This document shows positions 1-7,946 of a DNA stretch of 30,474 nucleotides, piece by piece. Source of the stretch: a bacterium (lineage in GTDB: Bacteria > Patescibacteriota > Minisyncoccia > Phycocordibacterales > Phycocordibacteraceae); NCBI GenBank assembly GCA_021812955.1, contig JAKAMJ010000001.1, positions 1-30,474 on the forward strand, given 5' to 3'. The stretch's first letter is position 1. Every line of letters starts with the position of its first letter. The position numbers and the translations under genes are program-made. The notes beneath the pieces are model-generated. The model ran no database searches, was not told the origin of the DNA, and saw only the letters and a list, made by a program, of their open reading frames with translations.

Positions 1-608
1 CGCGCGTACACCATGCTAGCTTGCGGCGTCCCGGCGAAGCCAGGGATAGTGAACGATGTCGGCCCGACGTTGTACGAATCGCCCGGCTTATCGGCGTATG
101 CCGTCACCGAGACGTTGCCCGGCTTCGACGCAGTACCAGCAGGGACGGTTATCGGCGCATGGATACGGAACACGAGACCGGCGGTCGTGGCGAAGCGCGT
201 ATTCGCGACGAGCCTCTGCGCTTTCGGCTGGGCGTTGTAGACGGTTATCATGCCCGATGCGTTCGTCTCGACGGTTTTCGTGCCTCCGCTTTGCACGCTT
301 TGCGTCGCTATCTTTTGCGAAGTCAGGATCTCATACGGAAGGTCTCCGGAGCTTTTCGTGGCGGTGAACGACCCCTGGACCGCCGCGGAAACGGTCGTCG
401 GCGTCACCTCGACCTTTGCACTGGAAAAATAATACAACGCCCCGAAAGACGCGGCGATGACGAGCAAGACCGCGACGAGCGTCTTGAACGGGAACCGTGC
501 GCGCGGTGCAGAAATGCGCAAGGGCGCTTTCGCGTTCGTTTCGTTTGTAAGAGTTCCCGTCGCATCCTTCCGCCGGGAAGGCGGGATTATATCGTTGATA
601 GTACGCAT
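1..608 (-). CDS. Membrane-anchored exported beta-rich protein, 3' end outside the window; resembles Patescibacteria proteins often annotated baseplate J-like
   Basis: Not in the ORF track because there is no stop in the window. Manual translation from ATG 608: MRTINDIIPPSRRK...FKTLVAVLLVIAASFGALYYFSSAKVEVTP...ASGMITVYN...LVANTRF...GLVFRI. One TM helix, then beta-strand-rich sequence. Extended -10 lies 6 nt upstream. Confidence 0.8.
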   Translation of the reverse strand, partial: MRTINDIIPPSRRKDATGTLTNETNAKAPLRISAPRARFPFKTLVAVLLVIAASFGALYYFSSAKVEVTPTTVSAAVQGSFTATKSSGDLPYEILTSQKIATQSVQSGGTKTVETNASGMITVYNAQPKAQRLVANTRFATTAGLVFRIHAPITVPAGTASKPGNVSVTAYADKPGDSYNVGPTSFTIPGFAGTPQASMVYA

Positions 609-614
609 GAGCAC

Positions 615-623
615 AGTATAACA
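615..623 (-). promoter_or_regulatory. Extended -10 TGTTATACT, 6 nt before ATG 608 (leaderless-type)
   Basis: TGnTAnnnT match with a 6-nt spacer. Confidence 0.65.
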
Positions 624-658
624 CCCCTGGCCGCGCTACCGGAGCGCGGCTGTGCACA

Positions 659-1708
659 TTACTCGACGGGTCCTTTCGCCTGGTAATACAGCGCCATGTA
701 TAAGAGGTTCGTATCGAGCGGTTCGGCAGACAGATAACGGATCATCCCGAGCAGATGCTTCTGCATCACCGCGACCGTCTTTGGCGGGTTCTCGGAAAGC
801 CAGAGCGACTCAAGCTTCGCGGCTGCGAGCGCCTGCCGGATGCGCTCACTGTCTGATTTGCGCGCAAGCAGGAATATGGTGCGCGGAAGCGGATACTGCT
901 CGGCTATCACGGCGAGCTGGCCTTTGACTGTCGCCGCCCATCCGGCTTCGCCTACGGGAATCGTCGTCTGCGTCAAGGATACGAGGGTCCCGTTCCGCAC
1001 GAGCGCGGCCGCCGTGCGCGGGCGACCAGCAGCGTCGAGTATTACTGCGTCACGTTCGTGCGGGAAGACGTTGCGTATGGTCTGATACCGGAGCGAGCTG
1101 CCAGAGACGGGGGAGATGCGCCTCGTGTGGAAGATTCCGGCGAGCGCAGCGGTGATGTCTTGCGCGACGCGCCGCTCGATGATAGACGCCAGGACGGTGA
1201 CCGAAGCGCGATGCGCCTTCTTACCGTACGGTCTGCTCGTCTCGTAACCGTTCAGGGTCGTGCCAATGACGCTCTCGTCCGCTACTATCTTCCCGGGCAA
1301 TCCTTTTGAGATCTGCCCGAGCCGCTCCGCCACTAGGCCGTGCGTGAACTCGAACGTACTTCCGGAACGCTCGAACTCTTCGACTCGTACCGCCGTCTCT
1401 TGCCAGGGCGTCTCGATAGACACGATAACGCGCGCGACGCTGCCGCTCCCGGCAGCGCGCGCGAGCGCCGGCGCCCCTTCGCGGATCATGTCAGCGCCGA
1501 GAGCCTTGAGCGCTCGCAGCATCGCGCTCTCGAGCGTCTCGCCAGCATGCGCCTCGATCGGCGTGCGGCGCGCATATACGACCGTCGGCAGCTCCCCCGA
1601 TTCGTAACGCGCGTACGCGCCCGCAACGCTGTCGGCACCGATATCGACCAGCGCAACCGACTCCGCAGCAGAGCTTTTCTTTGTCAGGACATTCTCAAAG
1701 AAACCCAT
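659..1708 (-). CDS. Hypothetical protein, 349 aa, with FtsA/PilM-like (actin-fold) N-terminal motif
   Basis: Clean ORF. VALVDIGADSV resembles the phosphate-1 motif of actin-like proteins. Function is inferred only. Confidence 0.75.
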   Translation of the reverse strand: MGFFENVLTKKSSAAESVALVDIGADSVAGAYARYESGELPTVVYARRTPIEAHAGETLESAMLRALKALGADMIREGAPALARAAGSGSVARVIVSIETPWQETAVRVEEFERSGSTFEFTHGLVAERLGQISKGLPGKIVADESVIGTTLNGYETSRPYGKKAHRASVTVLASIIERRVAQDITAALAGIFHTRRISPVSGSSLRYQTIRNVFPHERDAVILDAAGRPRTAAALVRNGTLVSLTQTTIPVGEAGWAATVKGQLAVIAEQYPLPRTIFLLARKSDSERIRQALAAAKLESLWLSENPPKTVAVMQKHLLGMIRYLSAEPLDTNLLYMALYYQAKGPVE

Positions 1709-1712
1709 CCCT

Positions 1713-3623
1713 TTATTCTAACACCGCCTTGATGCGACGGATGCCAGCGGAAGATGCTTCTTCTTTTTTAATCTTGAAACGGCCGAGCTCGGAGGTGCTT
1801 GAGGCGTGCGGCCCGCCGCAGAATTCTATCGAGAATGCCTCGGTGAACTTCGGGTCGGACTCGGTCGCACTCGCGGGGCCGATCGAGTAGACAGTAACCT
1901 GCTCCGGATAATTCGCGCCGAACTCGTGCTCGGCATTCAGCTTCTCTGCCTCAGCTCTCGGCATGACAGTGCGAATGACGGGCAACGCCTCTGCTATCTT
2001 TTCATTTACGATTTTTTCTACCTCTGCTTTCTGTTCGTCAGTCATTTTTTGCCCGTAGTTGAAGTCGATGCGCAGGCGCTCGGCGGTAATGTTGGAACCG
2101 CGCTGGTGCACCTCCGGTCCCAAGACCTGCTGGAGCGCTTTCAAGAGCAGGTGGTGGGCGGTGTGGTAGCGAACCGTCTGCTCGCTCTGGTCGGCAAGAC
2201 CGCCGGCGAATTTCTGCGCCGCGCCCGCGCGAGACTTAACCTGGTGTTCGTCCATGAGCTTCTGGACCGCTTCGGTGTCGACCGAGAGACCGCGTTCGCG
2301 GGCCATTTCCTCGGTCATCTCAAGCGGGAAGCCGTAGGTAGTGTACAGATCGAACACCGCTTCCGCCTCAATGTATGGTTTCGTAAACCCGACATGCTTT
2401 TCGAACTCGCGGAGACCGTTGGCGAGCGTCTTCCTAAACTGCGCTTCTTCTTTCTCAAGTTCTTCGCGGATGATAGCTGAGGCCGCTTGCACGAACGGAT
2501 ACTGTCCGACGTATGCTGCGCCGAAGCTCTCCGCAACCTCGGCGAGCACGGCCTCCTTGATACCGAGCTTGTCGGCCTCGCGGATAGAGCGTCGAATAAG
2601 GCGGCGCAGAATGTAGCCCTGCTCGCTATTGCCGGGCTTTATCCCGCTCGCGAGCATGAATGTCGCCGCGCGCATGTGATCCAAGATAATCCTAAACGAC
2701 CGAGTTATAGGAATCTGATTCCTATATGTTTGGCTGGAGCGGGATTCGAGCACGGCGCGAGCGGCGTCGAAGATATCGGTGAGAAATACGTCAGGATTAT
2801 CGCGTGTAGCGGCGGTGAGGCGCTCGAGCCCGCCACCGAAGTCTACGTTGCGCTTGGGCAATTCTTTGAACGAACCGTCTTCCTGCTTGATGAACTGCAT
2901 GAAGACAGAATTGCCGATCTCGATGAAGCGGCCGCAATCGCAGTTGGGGTGGCACTCAGGGCCAAACGCTGGGTCGTGCGGCAGGCCGAAGTCATAGAAG
3001 ACTTCAGAATCCGGCCCGCCGATCTCGCCTGCGGGCATTTTGCTCGGCACCCCTGCCCTGCTCCACCAGTTTTTCTTCGCACCATAGGCGAAGATTCGCC
3101 CGCCCTGCATGCCGACTTCGTTCCCCCGCTCTTCAGTACCGAGCTCGACGAATTTTGCTTCGATTCCCTTTTCGTTAAAAATCTTCTTCCATATTTCAAC
3201 CGCTTCGGTGTCTGTCGTCATGCCGCTCTCAGCATCGCCGCCAAAGACCGTCACATAGAGCTTCTCCGGGTCGAGCCCGAGGCCTTCTTCTTTATTCGTC
3301 AGGAATTCAAAAATCCACGGGAGCTGTTCCTGCTTGAAATAGTCGCCGAGGCTCCAGTTGCCGAGCATTTCGAAAAATGTCGTGTGGCGATTGTCGCCGA
3401 CCTCTTCGATGTCTTCGGCGCGGAAGCTCATCTGCGAGTTGGCGAGGCGCGCGCCCTCCGGGTGCTCTGCACCCATGAGGTAGGGCACGAGCGGCTGCAT
3501 GCCGCTGCTCGTGAAGAGCGTGGTCGGATCATTTTCCGGAACGATAGGCGCACTCGGGATAATCGCGTGCCCGCGCTTCGCATAAAAATCGAGGAATCGC
3601 GTGCGTACGTCTGCTACCGTCAT
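1713..3623 (-). CDS. alaS: Alanine-tRNA ligase, short form (636 aa, no C-Ala domain)
   Basis: DPTTLFTSSGMQP, HTTFFEMLGNWS, VDFGGGLERL, GYILRRLIRR; editing motifs HTAHH and FCGGPH; ends GIRRIKAVLE. Confidence 0.97.
   Translation of the reverse strand: MTVADVRTRFLDFYAKRGHAIIPSAPIVPENDPTTLFTSSGMQPLVPYLMGAEHPEGARLANSQMSFRAEDIEEVGDNRHTTFFEMLGNWSLGDYFKQEQLPWIFEFLTNKEEGLGLDPEKLYVTVFGGDAESGMTTDTEAVEIWKKIFNEKGIEAKFVELGTEERGNEVGMQGGRIFAYGAKKNWWSRAGVPSKMPAGEIGGPDSEVFYDFGLPHDPAFGPECHPNCDCGRFIEIGNSVFMQFIKQEDGSFKELPKRNVDFGGGLERLTAATRDNPDVFLTDIFDAARAVLESRSSQTYRNQIPITRSFRIILDHMRAATFMLASGIKPGNSEQGYILRRLIRRSIREADKLGIKEAVLAEVAESFGAAYVGQYPFVQAASAIIREELEKEEAQFRKTLANGLREFEKHVGFTKPYIEAEAVFDLYTTYGFPLEMTEEMARERGLSVDTEAVQKLMDEHQVKSRAGAAQKFAGGLADQSEQTVRYHTAHHLLLKALQQVLGPEVHQRGSNITAERLRIDFNYGQKMTDEQKAEVEKIVNEKIAEALPVIRTVMPRAEAEKLNAEHEFGANYPEQVTVYSIGPASATESDPKFTEAFSIEFCGGPHASSTSELGRFKIKKEEASSAGIRRIKAVLE
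1715..1723 (-). promoter_or_regulatory. Extended -10 TGTTAGAAT overlapping the last codons of alaS, 6 nt before ATG 1708
   Basis: gtg tta gaa taa (V-L-E-stop of alaS) spells TGTTAGAAT; spacer aaaggg. Confidence 0.6.
2706..2726. repeat. 21-bp palindrome TATAGGAATCTGATTCCTATA inside alaS
   Basis: Perfect 10-bp arms; near-identical copy at 15040-15060. Confidence 0.95.
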
Positions 3624-3629
3624 GCTCAG

Positions 3630-3638
3630 AAGATACCA
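3630..3638 (-). promoter_or_regulatory. Extended -10 TGGTATCTT, 6 nt before the alaS ATG
   Basis: TGnTAnnnT with a 6-nt spacer. Confidence 0.6.
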
Positions 3639-3651
3639 CGCCGCTGGGTAT

Positions 3652-3682
3652 AAAAAAATGCCGAGGCTGTCGCCTCTCCGGC
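3652..3682 (-). terminator. Probable intrinsic terminator after the DUF2283 gene
   Basis: Bulged GC hairpin gccg-agg/cct-cggc followed on the minus strand by T7. Confidence 0.65.
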
Positions 3683-3683
3683 G

Positions 3684-3908
3684 CTAAGCCAATTCCGACA
3701 TCGGCACAGACACGCCGCCGATCGAGACGGTATTGAAATTGCGTGCACCGACCTTTTCTCGGGCGCCGAGAATCTCCAGATTAAGCAGACGCCCTCGTCG
3801 GTCGATATCGAGAATCACCTCGGGCGCCACCTCTACGGTCTTCGCGACCGCTCCAGGGCGAATCGAGACATTGAGTGCGTCAACTTCTTTGTCGTAGGTG
3901 ATTTTCAT
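3684..3908 (-). CDS. DUF2283-family small protein, putative antitoxin
   Basis: MKITYDKEVDALNVSI...EVILDID..G.LLNLEIL matches the family pattern; adjacent to a DUF4258-like gene. Confidence 0.85.
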   Translation of the reverse strand: MKITYDKEVDALNVSIRPGAVAKTVEVAPEVILDIDRRGRLLNLEILGAREKVGARNFNTVSIGGVSVPMSELA

Positions 3909-3914
3909 ACTTGC

Positions 3915-3923
3915 ACTATATCA
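3915..3923 (-). promoter_or_regulatory. Extended -10 TGATATAGT for the DUF2283 gene; its TGA is the stop codon of the upstream toxin-like gene
   Basis: TGA-TATAGT, 6 nt, ATG 3908. Confidence 0.6.
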
Positions 3924-4151
3924 TAATGGCGCTTTCTTTACCCAATGCGCCGTGACCACGATGATTTCATCCGATTTGCGAACCAGCACCACCTTCAGGT
4001 ATCGCGTGCCGAAACGACGATACCATTCTTCACGCGGATAATTCCCGGGGTTGCGTATGTCAGGAGATAACACGACCCTGCGGACTGATGCGATTGATAT
4101 GTTGCGCTGACTCAACTTGAGTAACGAATGGTCGCTGAAATGTATTTCCAC
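3921..4151 (-). CDS. DUF4258-family (RelE-like) putative toxin, GTG start
   Basis: IHFSDHSLLKLSQRNIS...LKVVLVR..DEIIVVTAHW is typical of DUF4258. Confidence 0.8.
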   Translation of the reverse strand: MEIHFSDHSLLKLSQRNISIASVRRVVLSPDIRNPGNYPREEWYRRFGTRYLKVVLVRKSDEIIVVTAHWVKKAPL

Positions 4152-4157
4152 ATGTTC

Positions 4158-4166
4158 AGTATAGCA
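4158..4166 (-). promoter_or_regulatory. Extended -10 TGCTATACT, 6 nt before GTG 4151
   Basis: TGnTAnnnT with a 6-nt spacer. Confidence 0.65.
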
Positions 4167-4170
4167 GCCG

Positions 4171-5934
4171 TTATTTGACCAGCCGTTCGAGGGCGGCGAG
4201 ATCGCGCTCGATGCCGGCTAGGCCTTCTTTGAAAAAGGCAGGCGAGCGCACGTCGAGCCCGCACGCAGAGAAGATGTCTTCGGGCGAGGCGCTGCCGCCG
4301 GCCGAAAGAAACGCGTCTACCCTCTCGACGAACGCCGGATCCTTCTTCACCCCCTCGTAGAGCGCGCGGGAGATGAGCTGGCCATAGGCGTAGGAGTAGA
4401 CGTAGAAGAAGCGGCGGATGTGACTCCAGTAGACGAAGAAGTAGCCATCGTCTTCGGTGAGCTCGACGGTCGGGCCTAGGTAGCTCGCCATGTGCGTGTT
4501 CATGAGTTTCGCTATTTCTTCTTTGGGTACGAGTCCTTTCGCTCGCACGGCGGTGTGGAGCTCTCGCTCGAAATTGAAAAGCGCAATTTGGCGGAAGATG
4601 GTTGCCACGTCGTCTTGGAGCCGATCGTGAAGCGCGATGCGACGCTCTTTCTCAGAGAGCGTCTTCGAGAGCGCGTCGAAGGCCACCTGCTCAAAGAAGG
4701 TGCTCGCGGTCTCTGCGACAGCGGTCGAGTAGTCCTGGTAGTGCAGCGGTTGCTGCTTGCTCCGCTCGGTGTGGATCGCGTGCCCCATCTCGTGCGCGAG
4801 CGTCATGAGCGAGTGAGCGTCGTCGACGTGATTGAGGAGTACCATCGTCGGCTGTCCCACCGAGCCGGAGCAAAACGCGCCACCGGTCTTCCCTTTCTTC
4901 GGGTAGACATCGGTCTGGCTGTTCTCGAGCAAGCGGTCGAATATCTCTGCATAGCGCGGATGGAGCCTCGCAAACGCTTCGCGCACGAGCTTGGCCGCGT
5001 CGTTGAAGGAAATTTTTTTCTTGAGCGTCCCTACCGGCGCGCCGCGGTCTGCGTAAGTGAGTTTCTTTTCGCCCATGAGCTCCGCCTTCGTCTTGAAAAA
5101 TCGTTTGGAGAGATCGAAGCGGCTCGACACGGCATCGACGAGCGCGAGGACGCTCGCGCGCTCGTTCTCGTAGCCGAGGATGGTCGAATCGAAGGGTTCG
5201 GCGAATCCGCGAAGTTCGTCGGTAATCTTCTTGCGCGCGATAATCGCATTCAGCTCGCTCTCGGCCATCGGCGCGATGCCGCGGAGCGTGCGCATGAGCG
5301 CCTGGTGAAGCGCGCGTCGCTTGGCCTTAGGCAAGTTGCGTAGCATCTCGACCGCCTCTGGTACCGGGATGCGCTTCTTGCCGAACGGCACTTCGCTCGT
5401 GTTGACGATGTTGTCGACCGCCTGCACCCAGCGCCCGTGGGAGACGTCGCCCAGGAGCGAAAATATCTTCTCTTCCGGCTCGGAGAGGTCGTGCTTGGCG
5501 TTCTCGAAAAGCTTCTTGAGAAGATAGTGATAGGGCGCGAGCTCGGGCGCCGCGAGGAACTTCTTCTGCATCGCGTCCGGGACCTTCCCGAGCTCGAGCG
5601 AGAAGAACATGAGCAGGTTGGCGCGCTTGGCGTATCGCTCGTCGAGCGCATTCGCGAGCGCCTCGGCCTGCTTGTCGGCAGCGTTGAGCTCTTTGCGATA
5701 AGCGGCGTAGAGCATCGGAGCTGGCGAGCTCTCAAGCTCTAGCGCTTCGCTCGCCTTAAGCGCATCGGCGAGCGCCTTCGGGTCCTTTAGCCAGGATTTG
5801 TCCTTGCGATATTTCGCGGCAAAGGCCTCGACAGCCTTTTCGCCTTTCGCCATATCCGCCTCGATCCGCGGGTCGGTGAGAGATGTATAAAAAAGCTTCT
5901 TCAAGTCCCACTCCGTCTTATATTTCTGCGCCAT
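4171..5934 (-). CDS. pepF: M3-family oligoendopeptidase F
   Basis: Zinc motif LAHEMGHAIH, downstream AETASTFFE, GKTGGAFC, WSHIRRFFYVYSYA; 587 aa. Confidence 0.92.
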   Translation of the reverse strand: MAQKYKTEWDLKKLFYTSLTDPRIEADMAKGEKAVEAFAAKYRKDKSWLKDPKALADALKASEALELESSPAPMLYAAYRKELNAADKQAEALANALDERYAKRANLLMFFSLELGKVPDAMQKKFLAAPELAPYHYLLKKLFENAKHDLSEPEEKIFSLLGDVSHGRWVQAVDNIVNTSEVPFGKKRIPVPEAVEMLRNLPKAKRRALHQALMRTLRGIAPMAESELNAIIARKKITDELRGFAEPFDSTILGYENERASVLALVDAVSSRFDLSKRFFKTKAELMGEKKLTYADRGAPVGTLKKKISFNDAAKLVREAFARLHPRYAEIFDRLLENSQTDVYPKKGKTGGAFCSGSVGQPTMVLLNHVDDAHSLMTLAHEMGHAIHTERSKQQPLHYQDYSTAVAETASTFFEQVAFDALSKTLSEKERRIALHDRLQDDVATIFRQIALFNFERELHTAVRAKGLVPKEEIAKLMNTHMASYLGPTVELTEDDGYFFVYWSHIRRFFYVYSYAYGQLISRALYEGVKKDPAFVERVDAFLSAGGSASPEDIFSACGLDVRSPAFFKEGLAGIERDLAALERLVK

Positions 5935-5943
5935 ATTGAGAGC

Positions 5944-5952
5944 AGTGTAGCA
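5944..5952 (-). promoter_or_regulatory. Extended -10 TGCTACACT, 9 nt before the pepF ATG
   Basis: TGnTAnnnT match. Confidence 0.55.
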
Positions 5953-5970
5953 GTAAGCGAAGAGAGATAC

Positions 5971-5994
5971 AAAAGTAGCCAGGTCTGACCTGGC
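5971..5994. terminator. Hairpin GCCAGGTC-T-GACCTGGC; probable terminator of the mnmA-ung unit, also REP-like
   Basis: 8-bp arms; minus-strand tail TACTTTT; GTAG immediately 5' of the stem on the plus strand. Confidence 0.55.
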
Positions 5995-6006
5995 CGCTTA
6001 CGAGAG

Positions 6007-6690
6007 CTAGCTCCAGTCAATAGGAGTATGCCCATGGGTGATGAGGTAGGAATTCGCCTTGGAGAAGTGCTTGCAGCCGAAGAAGCCCGCGTGCGCGGAG
6101 AGCGGCGAGGGGTGTGGCGCTTCGATGACGAGGTGTTTGGTGCGGTCGATGTGGGCGCCCTTCTGTTTTGCATAGTTGCCCCAGAGGATGAAAACGAGGT
6201 GCTCGCGCTCGTCTGCGAGCGCGCGGATGACGGCGTCGGTGAACTGCTCCCAGCCTTTCTTTTGGTGCGAGCCGGCTGCATGCGCACGAACGGTGAGGGT
6301 CGCGTTTAAGAGCAGCACCCCTTGCTCTGCCCACCGCGATAAATCGCCACTTCTTTCTGTATTGAAGTTCGACTTCAATACTGGCCCTAGATCGGTTGCG
6401 ATCTCTTTGAAGATGTTCTGGAGCGAAGGCGGTACTGGCGTCTGCTCGCCGACGGCGAAGGCGAGGCCGTTCGCTTGCCCGTCGCCGTGATACGGGTCCT
6501 GTCCGAGTATCACGACCTTTACCTTGTCGAACGGGCACAGGTCAAACGCACGGAAAATGTTCTTCGGCGCAGGGTACACTGCGCCGTTCTGATATTCTTC
6601 TTTTACAAATCGCGCGAGCTCGGCGAAGTATTCCTGCTCAAACTCGCCTTTCAGTTTCTCTTTCCACGACGACTCAATTTTTACTTCCAT
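6007..6690 (-). CDS. ung: Uracil-DNA glycosylase, family 1
   Basis: GQDPYH, GLAF, PPSLQNIFKE, GVLLLNATLTV, HPSPLS motifs. Confidence 0.97.
   Translation of the reverse strand: MEVKIESSWKEKLKGEFEQEYFAELARFVKEEYQNGAVYPAPKNIFRAFDLCPFDKVKVVILGQDPYHGDGQANGLAFAVGEQTPVPPSLQNIFKEIATDLGPVLKSNFNTERSGDLSRWAEQGVLLLNATLTVRAHAAGSHQKKGWEQFTDAVIRALADEREHLVFILWGNYAKQKGAHIDRTKHLVIEAPHPSPLSAHAGFFGCKHFSKANSYLITHGHTPIDWS
6359..6381. repeat. Palindrome GTATTGAAGT-TCG-ACTTCAATAC inside ung
   Basis: Perfect 10-bp arms; 18 nt are identical (inverted) to 16488-16505. Confidence 0.9.
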
Positions 6691-7474
6691 TGTTTTTGCC
6701 TGCGCGGTGCAGCGCGAGAAGGGTCTTGCCCGCCGCTTCGCGGTAGGTGCAGTAGTCGCAAGGGCCGCCGCCGAACGCCGTGCCGACGGGCGGGATCTCG
6801 TCGGAGAGGAGCGTCTCTTTCAGGCGGAGGAGCGTCGGCTCGACCCAATCGTCTTTGCCGGCGTACGGGATGAGCACCACGTCGAACTCGAGCTTCGCAT
6901 CGAAGGCCTCGGCGTCTGAATTGCCGTTGGCATACACGAAATACCCCGTCGGCGAGACGACGAAGCCGTTCTTGCGGAAGAGCCACTGATACACCTCCAT
7001 CTGCCGCTTGTACGAGTCGTACAGGTCGTCCTCGCTCGATGGCCCCACCTTCTTGCTCGTGGCCTTGTAGTCGACGATGATGAGCTCGCCCGCAGGGTTC
7101 ACCCACACGTCGTCGATGCCGCCGCGCAGCGTGATGTTCGTCGGCTCGTGGTGAAAACTTATACCGCGCTTGAGCGCGTCGCGCCATTCGTCGAGCTTCT
7201 CGTGCGCATATGGCACGGCGTCTATGCCGTATCTTTTCATAAGCTGGTGCGGCTCGCCTTTTGCGCGGAGCGCGTCGAACTCGCGCTTGAAGAGCTCGTC
7301 GACGGCATTGTTGAGCGTGAACGACGGCCCGCTCGGGCGCTTCACGCCGTAGCGCATGTCGAGATACGCGCAGCGCGGGCACTCGGAGAAGAGGTCTATC
7401 TTGGACCGGCTCACGCGATACGGCTCCGTCGAGGCCGGATCGAAGACGCCCCATTTCCCTTTCGCGAACGCCAT
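6674..7474 (-). CDS. PD-(D/E)XK nuclease, RecB/Cas4-like, with two CxxC pairs
   Basis: Likely start MAFAKGK, 1 nt after the upstream stop. SRSKIDLFSECPRC, GGIDD, IVDYKAT, QMEVY, CDYC. Overlaps the ung start. Confidence 0.85.
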   Translation of the reverse strand: MAFAKGKWGVFDPASTEPYRVSRSKIDLFSECPRCAYLDMRYGVKRPSGPSFTLNNAVDELFKREFDALRAKGEPHQLMKRYGIDAVPYAHEKLDEWRDALKRGISFHHEPTNITLRGGIDDVWVNPAGELIIVDYKATSKKVGPSSEDDLYDSYKRQMEVYQWLFRKNGFVVSPTGYFVYANGNSDAEAFDAKLEFDVVLIPYAGKDDWVEPTLLRLKETLLSDEIPPVGTAFGGGPCDYCTYREAAGKTLLALHRAGKNNGSKN

Positions 7475-7475
7475 G

Positions 7476-7946
7476 TCAGTCCGAAGTAGCGAACCGAGCG
7501 ACGATCGGCGCGCCGGTAGCGAAATCGACATAGACACTGTCCGTCGAGAGGTCGAAGGCCCCGTCGCCGTCGTCGCGATACAGCTCGACCGCATAGGTGA
7601 ACCCAGGCACGGTCGCGCGCAAGAGCGGGACCGTCACGCCGTTGCGCGGGCCGTTGACGCGCACAGCTCCGAGCACGTTCCCGAGCTCATCGCCGTTCAT
7701 CTCGCGCACGGTTACCCACGCGCCAGGCGGCGGGACGGCAACCGAATCGACGACCACTTCGGAACCGGCGCGTTGGTCCGCGACCGAGACGGCGTCGCTG
7801 TGCGGCGCTGGCGCTTGTGGCGAGTGCCGCTCGGTCTTCGCCCGGAACGGGAGCGGCGGATTGTCGCTGCCGAACCACCAAGCTCCGACCAGGAGCGCAC
7901 CGAGCATGAACCCTGCCACGAACGAATGTGTCGAGAAGTGCTTCAT
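7476..7946 (-). CDS. Hypothetical membrane-anchored exported protein, 156 aa
   Basis: N-terminal hydrophobic helix then a beta-rich domain; ATGA-type overlap with the upstream gene. Confidence 0.8.
   Translation of the reverse strand: MKHFSTHSFVAGFMLGALLVGAWWFGSDNPPLPFRAKTERHSPQAPAPHSDAVSVADQRAGSEVVVDSVAVPPPGAWVTVREMNGDELGNVLGAVRVNGPRNGVTVPLLRATVPGFTYAVELYRDDGDGAFDLSTDSVYVDFATGAPIVARFATSD

Noticed and set aside
1-608. Prophage or contractile-tail locus suggested by the baseplate J-like resemblance
   Set aside because: No other phage structural genes, integrase or att sites; the protein has a TM anchor and sits among housekeeping genes
6674-7474. Cas4-like gene as evidence of a CRISPR system
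   Set aside because: No repeat-spacer array or other cas genes in the window; solo PD-(D/E)XK nucleases are common
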